Notes: generated by a model from the sequence alone, not told the origin. Numbered from the whole stretch's first letter, positions 20,321 to 29,688 are shown. The stretch is 63,330 nucleotides of DNA, filler included, from Methanobacteriota archaeon (GCA_024860865.1; 5 parts of 5 records of this genome joined end to end with filler, not necessarily neighbours in it); one strand, 5' to 3'. Numbers and translations are program-made.

Positions 20321-21112
20321 TTATCGACCGAATCTGCGCTCCCGCCTCTGAAATGTCCTAATCGCTCTAAGAAAATCTATTTTCCTAAATTCCGGCCAGT
20401 AGGCATCAGTGAAGAAAAATTCACTATAAGCCGACTGCCATAACAAAAATCCGCTTAGCCTTTCTTCTCCGCTAGTCCTAATAATCAAATCAGGATCTGG
20501 GAGACCAGCGGTATAGAGATGCTCATGTACAACTTTCTCATCGATTTTTTCTTTGTCAAGTTCTCCTTTTTGCACTTTATCAGCAATTTTTTGAAAGGCT
20601 TCAACTAATTCTTCTCTGCCAGTATAACCAAGTGCAACATTTAATATACGACCATTGTAACTGGCAGTAGAAATCTCTGCAGCTCGTATTGCCCTTTGAA
20701 CATTTTCAGGCAACAAATCGATTCTTCCAATTGCTCGAAATCGAATTTTATGTTTATGAACCCGTTCATTGGAAACTATATCCAAAAATTTCTTTTCGAA
20801 TAACTTCATTAATTCCTTTACTTCAGGACTTGGGCGGTTGAAATTTTCCTTTGAAAAAGCATAAACAGTTATTATTTTAATATCAAGGTCAAGACACCAA
20901 TCAAGAACTTCTTCTAATTTGTCAGCCCCAAACTTATGCCCATCCCAAGGCACCAACCCTTTAGTAGTAGCAAACCGTCTGTTTCCATCCATTATTACTC
21001 CAACATGTTTTGGCCTTATCTCTCTTTTTACATGATTGGTGAGAATATACTCATATGCCTTGTAAACTGGCTTTAGCAGAGCTCCTAATAGCCAATTAAC
21101 GAACTTTTGCAC
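20321..21112 (-). CDS. uppS: cis-prenyltransferase (polyprenyl diphosphate synthase)
   Basis: IMDGNRR, YAFSKENF.R, DPDLIIRTSGEERLSGFL, RRFGR. Confidence 0.95.
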   Translation of the reverse strand: MQKFVNWLLGALLKPVYKAYEYILTNHVKREIRPKHVGVIMDGNRRFATTKGLVPWDGHKFGADKLEEVLDWCLDLDIKIITVYAFSKENFNRPSPEVKELMKLFEKKFLDIVSNERVHKHKIRFRAIGRIDLLPENVQRAIRAAEISTASYNGRILNVALGYTGREELVEAFQKIADKVQKGELDKEKIDEKVVHEHLYTAGLPDPDLIIRTSGEERLSGFLLWQSAYSEFFFTDAYWPEFRKIDFLRAIRTFQRRERRFGR

Positions 21113-21269
21113 TTAAATGCCTCTCAATAAGTCTATTACGCTCCTTTGCTTAAAACTTTCCAAAATTATATTTCTGCCGAAATAAACAGGTTTTAACCTT
21201 TAAAAATTTCAGTTAATAAAACCTAAACTATTTTAATGTTGACGATCCTAATGAACAGTTGGAGGGTTA

Positions 21270-21563
21270 ATAATTCCAGAAGAAATTGTTAGGACTATAA
21301 CTCAAACGATACCTTACGAAGAAAAGGCATCGAGAGTAGAATTACTCGTACGAATTGTTCTCTGTTTTGCAATCGGAATTATTTTAGGAATTTGGGGCAT
21401 CTGGGTTTCTATTTGTATATTGATACAGTTTTTCTATATTCTCATACAAGGTAAGAGATGGGTTTATGGGTTTGATCAAGTCTATAAATATCTCAACTAC
21501 TTTTACTCGGTATTGCCCTATTTTTATATCATGGTAGATAAAAGGCCAAGTATAATCCCATAA
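21270..21563 (+). CDS. DUF4389-family small membrane protein with no ATG/GTG/TTG start
   Basis: read manually: IIPEEIVRTITQTIPYEEKASRVELLVRIV..GKR..YFYIMVDKRPSIIP*; GGAGGG SD at 21261-21266; in-frame TGA at 21252. Confidence 0.7.
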   Translation: MIPEEIVRTITQTIPYEEKASRVELLVRIVLCFAIGIILGIWGIWVSICILIQFFYILIQGKRWVYGFDQVYKYLNYFYSVLPYFYIMVDKRPSIIP

Positions 21564-21568
21564 GAAAA

Positions 21569-22318
21569 TTATTTTGCCAAAAGTTCAGTTATTAAAGTTA
21601 CTAATCTTTCGACAACCTTATTTACGATTTTTTCGCCTTTTTCAATTGAAGCTTTAGTAGGGTCGCCAATAACTCCGGACCCTGAAACCTTTTTAACATT
21701 TGGCCAAGCTACTCTAGCTCTAGGTTCTCCTGCAGCAAAATCATATTTAATAAATTTTGAAAGCGCGCTAGGAATTTGCTTTACTGCTTTGCTTAAATCA
21801 ACAGAACTTAAATCAAGGGCCAACATAATTGAAGTTTCAAGTTCACATGCGTGCCATATCGGAGAGGTTTTTATTTTCATAACTTCGTCAGAAGCAATTG
21901 TCCACCAGTCAACAAGTGCTACAAAAGCTTGTGTTTCTTGGTGAATTTCATTGGCAGCTGTTTGAAGGATGTGAGTGTTACCGCCGTGTGCATTTAAAAT
22001 GATGATTTTTTTAAATCCATGCCTTACCAAACTTTTTGCAACATCTTTAATTAAACTGACTAAAGTCGAAGAATTGATGCTGATTGTACCTGGGAAGTCC
22101 AAGTGATGGCTGGACTCTCCATAAAAAATTGGTGGTGTAACAACAACAGGAACTTTTTGAGCCGCTAATTTAGCCAGCTCATATGCAATAAAAGCATCTG
22201 TTTTAAGAGGTAGGTGCAAACCATGTTGCTCAGTTGAACCAACCGGTATTATTGCAACATCAGTTTGTTTTTTAATTTCCTCGACTTCTGGCCAAGACAT
22301 TTCAGATAGTTGCTTCAA
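21569..22318 (-). CDS. creatininase-family amidohydrolase
   Basis: PVGSTEQHGLHLP..TD, NAHGGN, HACELETS, GVIGDP. Confidence 0.92.
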   Translation of the reverse strand: MKQLSEMSWPEVEEIKKQTDVAIIPVGSTEQHGLHLPLKTDAFIAYELAKLAAQKVPVVVTPPIFYGESSHHLDFPGTISINSSTLVSLIKDVAKSLVRHGFKKIIILNAHGGNTHILQTAANEIHQETQAFVALVDWWTIASDEVMKIKTSPIWHACELETSIMLALDLSSVDLSKAVKQIPSALSKFIKYDFAAGEPRARVAWPNVKKVSGSGVIGDPTKASIEKGEKIVNKVVERLVTLITELLAK

Positions 22319-22324
22319 AATTAA

Positions 22325-23389
22325 TCACAAACCAAAAAATCTAGGCGCAAGCTGAACTGCATTTAAACAGATTTTTACTGCATTTTCAGCATCTTCCAAG
22401 CTAATTACCTCGACCGGCGAGTGAGCATATCTAGTTGGAATTGAAATTACCCCGGCTGGAATACCTTCTCTTGATAGCTGGATTGCGGTTGCATCAGTAG
22501 TTCCACCCTCCATTACCTCTAGTTGGTAAGGTATCTCTTCTTTCTCGGCAGCCTTTATTAGGAGCTCTCTAACTTTTGGGTGAGCAACCAATCCTCCACC
22601 TAGGCTTTCTTTTCTTCCGTCAACGATCTTAATGGCAGGTCCATGTCCAATTTTAATTGGGGATTCAAATTCTTTAATTCCTGGATAATCCCCAGCAGAT
22701 GTTATATCAAGTGCAATCGCAAGATTTGGATTGAGTTTAAAGGCAGAAACTGTTGCTCCCCTTAAACCAATTTCTTCTTGAACAGTGAAAACTGCATACA
22801 CAGTTGCTTCAGTCTTTGGAAGCCGTTTCATAGTTTCAATTAAAATCGCACAGCCAGCTCTATCATCGAGTGCTTTTCCAGTAACTAGCTTATTTCTGAG
22901 CTCAACTAAGCCCCTTTCAAAAGTGATTGGATTTCCAATTCTAACTCCAAGTTTTTCGGCATCTTCTTTTGATGTTGTGCCCACATCAATAAACATGTCT
23001 TCGAATTCAACAATTTTTTTGCGCTCTTCTTCTTTCATCAAATGTGGCGGTTTAGCCCCAATTATTCCAACTATACTTCCTTTTTCAGTATGGATTTTCA
23101 CTCGTTGGCTTAATAGCGGTTGATCGACTACTCCACCTACTTTTGCAAATTTAATGAAACCTTTCTCATCGATATATTTTACCATCAACCCAACTTCATC
23201 CATATGGGCAGCAAACATAACTGTTGGTTTACCCAATGTTCCGATTTTTTTTGTAATCAGATTTCCGAGGTTGTCAGTAAACATTTCACCAACATGGCCT
23301 TGTAATTCTTTCTTTATCACTTCGCGCACAGAATCTTCGGCTCCGGGAATACCGGAGGCTTCAACAAGCTTAGCGAGTAGTTCTTTCAT
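22325..23389 (-). CDS. M42 (TET-like) aminopeptidase
   Basis: AHMDEVG, KALDDR, QEEIG, GTTDA, RYAHS. Confidence 0.95.
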   Translation of the reverse strand: MKELLAKLVEASGIPGAEDSVREVIKKELQGHVGEMFTDNLGNLITKKIGTLGKPTVMFAAHMDEVGLMVKYIDEKGFIKFAKVGGVVDQPLLSQRVKIHTEKGSIVGIIGAKPPHLMKEEERKKIVEFEDMFIDVGTTSKEDAEKLGVRIGNPITFERGLVELRNKLVTGKALDDRAGCAILIETMKRLPKTEATVYAVFTVQEEIGLRGATVSAFKLNPNLAIALDITSAGDYPGIKEFESPIKIGHGPAIKIVDGRKESLGGGLVAHPKVRELLIKAAEKEEIPYQLEVMEGGTTDATAIQLSREGIPAGVISIPTRYAHSPVEVISLEDAENAVKICLNAVQLAPRFFGL

Positions 23390-23391
23390 AT

Positions 23392-24693
23392 CTATTCCCC
23401 TGGCAGACCATTGTCCATGACTAATTTGTCATCGACAAACAATTTTCCATTTTTCCCCTTCATTATTTTAATCATGTCTTGATGTGAACTTGAACGGTTC
23501 TTTCCATGATATGCGCCAGTATTGCTCCCAATAGCAATATGAATTGAACCGAATATTTTCTCATCAACTATAGTTTCTCCTATAAACTTTGCAGCCGGAT
23601 TCGTGCCAATACCTAACTCACCAATTCGATCTTTTTCACCAGTATTTGAATCGAGGAATTTTTTGAATAGTTTTTTTCCTTCCATATCTGCATTAAACCA
23701 AATAACCTTTCCATTTTTGAATTTAATTTCCAAATTTTTCACTAGGCCGAAACCATGAATACATACATAATCGAAAAGGATATAACCATTTGCAGAATGC
23801 TCTAAAGGAGCAACAAAAACTTCGCCATCCGGTATGTTTAACCCTACATCTCCTTTTGCTACGTCTTCCTGATCAATAATGCCATCAGCCACGAGGATTG
23901 GGCGACCTTTAATACCAAAAGTTAAATCAGTGCCATCATCAGCAGTAATCTTAATAACATTTCCATTGGCTAAGGCTTTTTTATAATAATTACAAAGCTG
24001 CTTAACTTTTGGTGTAAATGTTTGCTCTATTGATTGCAAAAATATTCTTCTATAATCATATTTATTTACAAAATATTGTTTTCTTGGGACGGGCCAACCG
24101 AATAAACACCATCTTGTTTTTTTTCTATCCATTATTTCGTGTAATTTCTGTGATACTGGTGCTCCTAACTTTTGTTTGTATTCAAGCCCTCTAATCCAAT
24201 TTAAGTCTTCATCACCACCTAAGAATATTCGTGCATCACAAGCTTCTGCCATTAACTTGGATACTAAAGGGAGTTCAGTAGCAGTTTCATCGGGTATTAG
24301 CTGCAAATGTTTTCTTGACTCGGCAGAGCTATAAGTTAAAAATACTACATGAGCTCCTTGCTTCCAACACTCTTCTTTAATTAATTTTGCTAATTTTATA
24401 CATTCAGGGTCCACATCAGAATAAACCAATTTAACACATTCGCCTACTTTGGTTTTAGCTTGATATTTGCCATTCTTTTCTATTATTAGTGGGCCGTAAA
24501 CAGGATCCTTTAATTTTTCAATTATATTTTTTTCATTTTGTTTGAGTTCTTTCGCGGTAAATTGTTCCATTTTTAAAATTTTTTCAACAGCTTTTCCAAA
24601 CTTTTTTCTAGCTAAATTTATGCCCGGATTTGGTTTTTGTCCTATTAACATCGATTTTTTAACAAGATCTTTGGCAATATTTTCTAAGTTCAT
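23392..24693 (-). CDS. M29 thermophilic aminopeptidase
   Basis: NIPDGEVF, GELGIGTN, DEKI.G.IHIAIG, SSHQD. Confidence 0.88.
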   Translation of the reverse strand: MNLENIAKDLVKKSMLIGQKPNPGINLARKKFGKAVEKILKMEQFTAKELKQNEKNIIEKLKDPVYGPLIIEKNGKYQAKTKVGECVKLVYSDVDPECIKLAKLIKEECWKQGAHVVFLTYSSAESRKHLQLIPDETATELPLVSKLMAEACDARIFLGGDEDLNWIRGLEYKQKLGAPVSQKLHEIMDRKKTRWCLFGWPVPRKQYFVNKYDYRRIFLQSIEQTFTPKVKQLCNYYKKALANGNVIKITADDGTDLTFGIKGRPILVADGIIDQEDVAKGDVGLNIPDGEVFVAPLEHSANGYILFDYVCIHGFGLVKNLEIKFKNGKVIWFNADMEGKKLFKKFLDSNTGEKDRIGELGIGTNPAAKFIGETIVDEKIFGSIHIAIGSNTGAYHGKNRSSSHQDMIKIMKGKNGKLFVDDKLVMDNGLPGE

Positions 24694-24816
24694 TAAGCAT
24701 GACCCTGACTTGTTTCTATTAAAATTTTTATTTATTATTTGTTTAGTTTAACAAATATATTAACTCTAACTTGTGCTTCTATTTTTGTGATTATGAATAC
24801 CAAAAACAAATAAACT

Positions 24817-25443
24817 CTAGAAATTGAAAAAGTGCAAGTCTTGTTTCAATAATGACAAGGGGCTATATTTGTTTTTAAAAAAGGTGTAAAGAGCTTCAGT
24901 TTGTTTTAAATCTTTCTTGCAATGTTCAATGATTTTGCTATATTTGCCCTGCTCATACCATAAAGGAATTAATTTATTTTCTCTTTTTTGTGAAAGCAAA
25001 TTTCTCCTTCCTATAATTTTCATCCAATCATTTAATGAAACATACTCTTTTTTAAACCCAAATTCATTCATAAATTCGTGCCCATTAAAAATATATCTCC
25101 ATTGGAAAATGTCAACTATATTTAAATCATAAGTTAAATTTATTGATCTATCAATTAATTCTAAAATTCTTCTTTGAAGGAACGGCATATCAAATCTTAG
25201 AATATTATACCCAATGAATCTATATTCACAAACTTCTTTATGTTTAAAAACTAAAACCTTTCTCATAAACTTTTGTAAAATTGCTTTTTCATCATGTTCC
25301 CATTCTTTTAAGAATTCGAATTCGCCATCTTTTAATAAGCCAATTAAAATTACTTTTGACCCGTGTAGATTAGGGTAAAGAGCGCCAATTTCTCCCTTTC
25401 CATAGGTCTCTATATCAATATAATACTCTTCCACAGTTACCAA
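24817..25443 (-). CDS. stand-alone DEDD/RNase H-fold 3'-5' exonuclease
   Basis: YIDIET (ExoI), GYNILRFDMPFL (ExoII), HCKKDL (ExoIII). Confidence 0.75.
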   Translation of the reverse strand: MVTVEEYYIDIETYGKGEIGALYPNLHGSKVILIGLLKDGEFEFLKEWEHDEKAILQKFMRKVLVFKHKEVCEYRFIGYNILRFDMPFLQRRILELIDRSINLTYDLNIVDIFQWRYIFNGHEFMNEFGFKKEYVSLNDWMKIIGRRNLLSQKRENKLIPLWYEQGKYSKIIEHCKKDLKQTEALYTFFKNKYSPLSLLKQDLHFFNF

Positions 25444-25619
25444 CTAAAAAATAATTCTACTAAAACGCTCTGTTTTAAGAAATGGAGCTTATTTAAGGTT
25501 TTTTAACGGGGTGAGGGAGTATTCCGAAAGTATTAAATTAGAAAAAGGTTTGAACTTAGTTGGTTAAAAAATACTCTTATATATTTTTAAGCTGACTCTA
25601 ATGTAGTCTGGGCGGTTTA

Positions 25620-26846
25620 ATGCGGCGGCTAATAGTTTTATGGTTGATATTGGTTATAGCAACTGCATCCAATTTAGTAGTTGCTCAGAAAATATCTAAT
25701 ACTGCTTATTTAGTGACATCAGAAAATTTTCCTGACGCTTTAGTTGTTGGTGTGCTAGCAGCTAAAACTAACTCCTTAGTTTTTGTTACTCCATCTGGTA
25801 CACTCGATAAAGATGTGCTAGACTTATTGACTAACCTTAGTATAACCAATGTTGTAATAGTAGGCGAAAAGCAAGCAATCTCATTTGCTGTCGAACAAAC
25901 TTTGAAAAACAAAGGATTTTCTGTTACAAGAGTTGGAGGAGTCGACCGCCAAGAAACCTCAGCAAAGCTCGCAAGTTTAGATAGCTTTGCTTCAACAATT
26001 ATTTTAGTTGAGGGTGGGGATTATCCAGATCTCTGCGCAGCTACTGCTCTTGCTATAGTAAAGGATGCAAAAATTTTGCTTATCTATAAAGATCGCCTTG
26101 GCAACGCTACCATTGATTTGATTAAAAAGTTCAAAGAACGCGCTCCACCTAAAGTTTATATTGTAGGAGGCCCTGAAGCAATTTCAGCTAATTTAGACAA
26201 ACAAATCGAGCAATTAGTCTACTCTCCTCCTATCCGAATAAGCGGCAAGGATGCATTTGAAACAAGTTATGCGATTGCAAAAGAGGCTGCAACTGCATAT
26301 ATTAACAAGGCAATCAGAGCTCAACATGCATTTCTAGTTCCAATAGCAGATTTCACTCAGAGTTTAAATATTGTAAGTTATGCGAAAATAAAGCAGGCCT
26401 TGATTTTGCCCTCAGATAGAGATAGTTTGCGTCCAGATACTGAAGCTGCGCTAAAGTCACTTAACATCACATTGGTCACTGAAATTGGAGATTTTGACAC
26501 TAAAGTTGAAACTTCAATTTCTAAAACTGGAGCAAAAGTTGAATTAATTAGGGAGATTGGATTAATTGATGCCTCGCTTAAACTCCAGCGAAAAATACTG
26601 AGCGATTACTATCAGATAAGAATTTCTATAGATGATGCGATTACATTTACTAAGGCTCATCCAGTATATGAAGGCAAAGCAATAACTGGTGTTAGATCAG
26701 TTAAGCTATTTTACCATGAAGAGACGCCTTGTTGGAGAGTTATTGGAACTCTTGAAACTGAGCAAGGAACTACCAAGGGATTTGAGATTCTGGTTTATAC
26801 AAGTGTTGGTACAATTGTGCGCGCTCAGGAGATATATAACTGGTAA
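25620..26846 (+). CDS. secreted cell-wall-binding-2 repeat protein with PepSY-like tail
   Basis: signal peptide; NFPDAL, RVGGVDRQETS, VYIVGGPEAIS, RISGKDAFETS repeats. Confidence 0.75.
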   Translation: MRRLIVLWLILVIATASNLVVAQKISNTAYLVTSENFPDALVVGVLAAKTNSLVFVTPSGTLDKDVLDLLTNLSITNVVIVGEKQAISFAVEQTLKNKGFSVTRVGGVDRQETSAKLASLDSFASTIILVEGGDYPDLCAATALAIVKDAKILLIYKDRLGNATIDLIKKFKERAPPKVYIVGGPEAISANLDKQIEQLVYSPPIRISGKDAFETSYAIAKEAATAYINKAIRAQHAFLVPIADFTQSLNIVSYAKIKQALILPSDRDSLRPDTEAALKSLNITLVTEIGDFDTKVETSISKTGAKVELIREIGLIDASLKLQRKILSDYYQIRISIDDAITFTKAHPVYEGKAITGVRSVKLFYHEETPCWRVIGTLETEQGTTKGFEILVYTSVGTIVRAQEIYNW

Positions 26847-27108
26847 AAAAAGAGAAGCCGCATTTTTAAATTGTATTAAAAATACAAATTCTAATTTTAT
26901 TCAAAAGTTTTAAGCTTGTTAAGTTGGCTAAAAAAATAAATTGTGCAAATTTCTGGTTTGAAAATCAAACTGTAAGATAATTAAATCGAGTTAAAAGTTA
27001 CTTTTTAACTCATTGTCCGACATACGTCTTAACCAAATTTAAGTATTGCAATTAGTCTAACAAATATTAGGTTATCAAGTAAAAGTAAATTTTTAATGGG
27101 GTGATTTG

Positions 27109-27285
27109 ATGAAAATACTGAAGGACCAGAAAGGACAAGGTGCGCTTGAATACTTGCTAATGATTGCAGCTGCTCTAGCAATTGTTGCAATAGTTGCATG
27201 GTACTTAAGAGGCTATGCTCAAAGAGGCGGGAACTTATCCACGCAAAAGCTAAATGCATCTCTTAGGAACATCTCAAGAATCTAA
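27109..27285 (+). CDS. class III signal-peptide (type IV) pilin, 58 aa, not in ORF track
   Basis: MKILKDQKG|QGALEYLLMIAAALAIVAIVAWY..; Q at +1, E at +5; GGGGTGA SD; sequons NLS, NAS, NIS. Confidence 0.85.
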   Translation: MKILKDQKGQGALEYLLMIAAALAIVAIVAWYLRGYAQRGGNLSTQKLNASLRNISRI

Positions 27286-27307
27286 AGCAAAATTTCAACA
27301 TGCCATC

Positions 27308-27563
27308 AATTTTAAAAAATTAATTTCGCTCATGTTAAGAAAGTTGTGGCTGAAGATTAAAAGTTTCAAAAAATGAAACAATTAAAAAACTGTTAAAGCA
27401 GAATTTTCTTCAGATAGAATAAATTTCAGATAAGAACCCTATTTAAGAAAAATTTTAACTAAATTCACAAAATTAGTTAGCTTTTCTAAGAATTAGAGCT
27501 TTTAACTAATTGTATTTCTCAGCCACAATCTTCGTTACAAGAGCGATTAATTTTTTAGAATTT
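27308..27563 (+). repeat. long imperfect inverted repeat enclosing three inner hairpins (structured RNA or MITE-like)
   Basis: TTGTGGCTGA/TCAGCCACAA, TCGCTC/GAGCGA, AAAAAATTAAT/ATTAATTTTTT arms. Confidence 0.7.
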
Positions 27564-27593
27564 TATTTTTATCTACATTTCTCTATTCCACTT

Positions 27594-28441
27594 TAGAAAT
27601 CTAAACTAGCTATTCTCCGCAAGCTTTGCTCCTTTTTAGCAGCATGTGTCAACTGAATGAAAGCTTTACATGAAAATTTATTACTTATAATTTGTCCAAT
27701 TGTCTTATGAGAAAATTCTATATTTTTCCGATTTAAACTCAAGTAATTCGTTTTTAGTTTAACAGAGCTCAACTGCTTTTCTTTTCTAAAAATAGATCAA
27801 TAAAAAGAATTGATAAAAGTAACCTTCACTTTTCGATAATTAGTTAACTTTATTGCGCTTTGCAGCTATTTCTTATTGGCTAATTACTGCCGGTTATTTT
27901 TAAATATTTCATATTTGTTAATAGCACATTCACCGAAGAACGATGAAAAGAAGGAAAGAAAAATGGAAAGAAGTTTAATTGAGACTTTTTTAGGAAAAAC
28001 TCCAATCGTAAAAGTGCTAAACTTTTTGGCAATACATCAAGACTGGGACTACTCAAAGACTGAAATAGCTAGGCATTCAAATGTAGGATGGGCCACTTTG
28101 TTTAGGATTTGGTCAACCCTGGAGGAGTTCCAGATAGTACAACCAACCCGAATGATCGGCAGAGCGCAATTATATAAACTAAATAAAGACTCGCCCGTAG
28201 TTAAGAGATTTATCGCTTTTGCTGATGAACTAGCTTTGTTCAACGCTGAAAGGATCATAGCAGAAGAAGCTGTGAAGGAAGAAATGAAAAAGCCGAAGGC
28301 TGAGAAAGTAGAAGCCGCACGTGCATAGAAACATTTATCATCCAAAAATGTTAGTTTAACTTCTTCCCTTTTTTGTTTCGTAGAAATCTAAACTAGCTAT
28401 TCTCCGCAAAGCTTCTTCAATTCGCTCCTTTTTAGTAGCAT
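27594..28441. repeat. ~50-bp direct repeat pair (27594-27645, 28381-28441) duplicating an aminotransferase 3' end
   Basis: identical 29-mer TAGAAATCTAAACTAGCTATTCTCCGCAA plus GCTCCTTTTTAGYAGCAT. Confidence 0.85.
27963..28328 (+). CDS. winged-HTH protein
   Basis: DYSKTEIARHSNVGWATL...L.EF.IV..TR.IGRAQLYKLN. Confidence 0.75.
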   Translation: MERSLIETFLGKTPIVKVLNFLAIHQDWDYSKTEIARHSNVGWATLFRIWSTLEEFQIVQPTRMIGRAQLYKLNKDSPVVKRFIAFADELALFNAERIIAEEAVKEEMKKPKAEKVEAARA

Positions 28442-28562
28442 ACGTAAATCTTAGATAACCTTCGCCATTTTCTCCAAAGGCAGAACCGGCTGTACTAACA
28501 ACTTTCACTTTCTCAAGTAACGACATTGCAATCTCGTTTGAAGGTTTTCCAAGCTTTGAAAT
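28356..28562 (-). CDS. class I/II aminotransferase C-terminus (5'-truncated by contig end)
   Basis: read manually: LLEKVKVVSTAGSAFGENGEGYLRFTYATKKERIEEALRRIASLDFYETKKGRS*. Confidence 0.85.
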   Translation of the reverse strand: MSKLGKPSNEIAMSLLEKVKVVSTAGSAFGENGEGYLRFTYATKKERIEEALRRIASLDFYETKKGRS

Positions 28563-28564
28563 AT

Positions 28565-28664
28565 NNNNNNNNNNNNNNNNNNNNNNNNNNNNNNNNNNNN
28601 NNNNNNNNTTAATTAATTAANNNNNNNNNNNNNNNNNNNNNNNNNNNNNNNNNNNNNNNNNNNN
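28565..28664. other. artificial contig linker
   Basis: N run + TTAATTAATTAA + N run. Confidence 0.98.
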
Positions 28665-28694
28665 CTTAATCATTACAAAAGTGCGCTCGTTCAT
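28665..28694 (-). CDS. ndk: nucleoside diphosphate kinase N-terminus (truncated)
   Basis: MNERTFVMIK, ATGA overlap with rpl24e stop; conserved archaeal gene order. Confidence 0.85.
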
Positions 28695-28885
28695 TTTTTC
28701 GCCAGTTTTGCCTTATAAAAAGAAGTCCACTTTACCTTTCGAGGAACACGCCTAAGCTTCAGCAAGTTGCACTCACATTTTCCAGAACAAAAAAAGAAAA
28801 CAGTTCCATCTCTTTTAGCAAAAAGTTTTCCTGTTCCAGGTTCAATTTTTTCTCCGCAAAAAGAACATTTATGGAACTCTGGCAC
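28691..28885 (-). CDS. rpl24e: 50S ribosomal protein eL24
   Basis: CSFCGEKIEPGTG..FCSGKC..PRKVKWT; GTG start after AGGTG. Confidence 0.95.
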   Translation of the reverse strand: MPEFHKCSFCGEKIEPGTGKLFAKRDGTVFFFCSGKCECNLLKLRRVPRKVKWTSFYKAKLAKK

Positions 28886-28895
28886 ATTCAAACAC

Positions 28896-29153
28896 CTAAG
28901 GAGCAACCAATTTACGAGCTTCGCGAGCAGTTTCTCTAAGCATGAGCGTGTCACCAAGTCTCACTGGGCCTTTAACATTTCTTGTCATAATTCTACCTTT
29001 ATCTCTGCCTTCTAATATTCTGCATTTAACTTGAATGACTTCACCCGTCATTCCTGTACGACCTATGAGTTCAATAACTTCAGCAGGTGTAGCAGGTTCT
29101 TCTTCTCGCCTTTCTCGTGCTTCTCGCTCACGTTTTACTTCTTTCTCTGGCAA
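28896..29153 (-). CDS. rps28e: 30S ribosomal protein eS28
   Basis: [33 protein letters not shown]. Confidence 0.95.
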   Translation of the reverse strand: MPEKEVKREREARERREEEPATPAEVIELIGRTGMTGEVIQVKCRILEGRDKGRIMTRNVKGPVRLGDTLMLRETAREARKLVAP

Positions 29154-29163
29154 ACATGAACCC

Positions 29164-29535
29164 TTACTTCTTGATATCTTTCAGCTTTTCAATAATTTCT
29201 TTTATGCTCTCTTCAGCATCACCCGGTTTTACTATACAAGCTGCAGCTGAAGAGATTTCAATACCTGCGGCAGCTCCAAGCTCTTGCTTGCTTGGAACAA
29301 AAATGTATGGAATATTTTTTTCGTCGCATAATGCTGGCAAGTGAGCAATGACTTCTGGAGGGTCAACATCCTCTGCGATTACTACTAGCTTAGCTTCACC
29401 ACGTTCAACTGACTTAGTTGTTTCATTCGTGCCTTTCTTTACTTTTCCAGTATTACGAGCTACTTCTAAAGCCTCATATGCTTTCTCAACTAAATCCTTC
29501 GGCACCTCGTACTTTGCATAAGGTGACTTCGGCAT
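29164..29535 (-). CDS. rpl7ae: ribosomal/K-turn-binding protein L7Ae
   Basis: [27 protein letters not shown]. Confidence 0.97.
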   Translation of the reverse strand: MPKSPYAKYEVPKDLVEKAYEALEVARNTGKVKKGTNETTKSVERGEAKLVVIAEDVDPPEVIAHLPALCDEKNIPYIFVPSKQELGAAAGIEISSAAACIVKPGDAEESIKEIIEKLKDIKK

Positions 29536-29688
29536 AATTCCTTCCTCCTTTGGGAAAATTCCCTTCATTGTTCATTCTAGAATAAGTAATGGAAAAAGAT
29601 TGGTTTATACTTTTAGATTTTTCGGTTGCCGGAACCCGGTTATCTAACTGGATATCAATTTTCAAAGCGTTGGAAGTATTCTATTTTG

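Noticed and set aside
26850-27870. CRISPR array or replication origin in the long AT-rich region
   Set aside because: No regularly spaced repeats, no ORB-like G-string boxes and no adjacent cdc6/orc1.
28049-28345. Possible read-through extension of the aminotransferase
   Set aside because: On recount the aminotransferase stops at 28356; this ORF is in another frame and antisense to the HTH gene.
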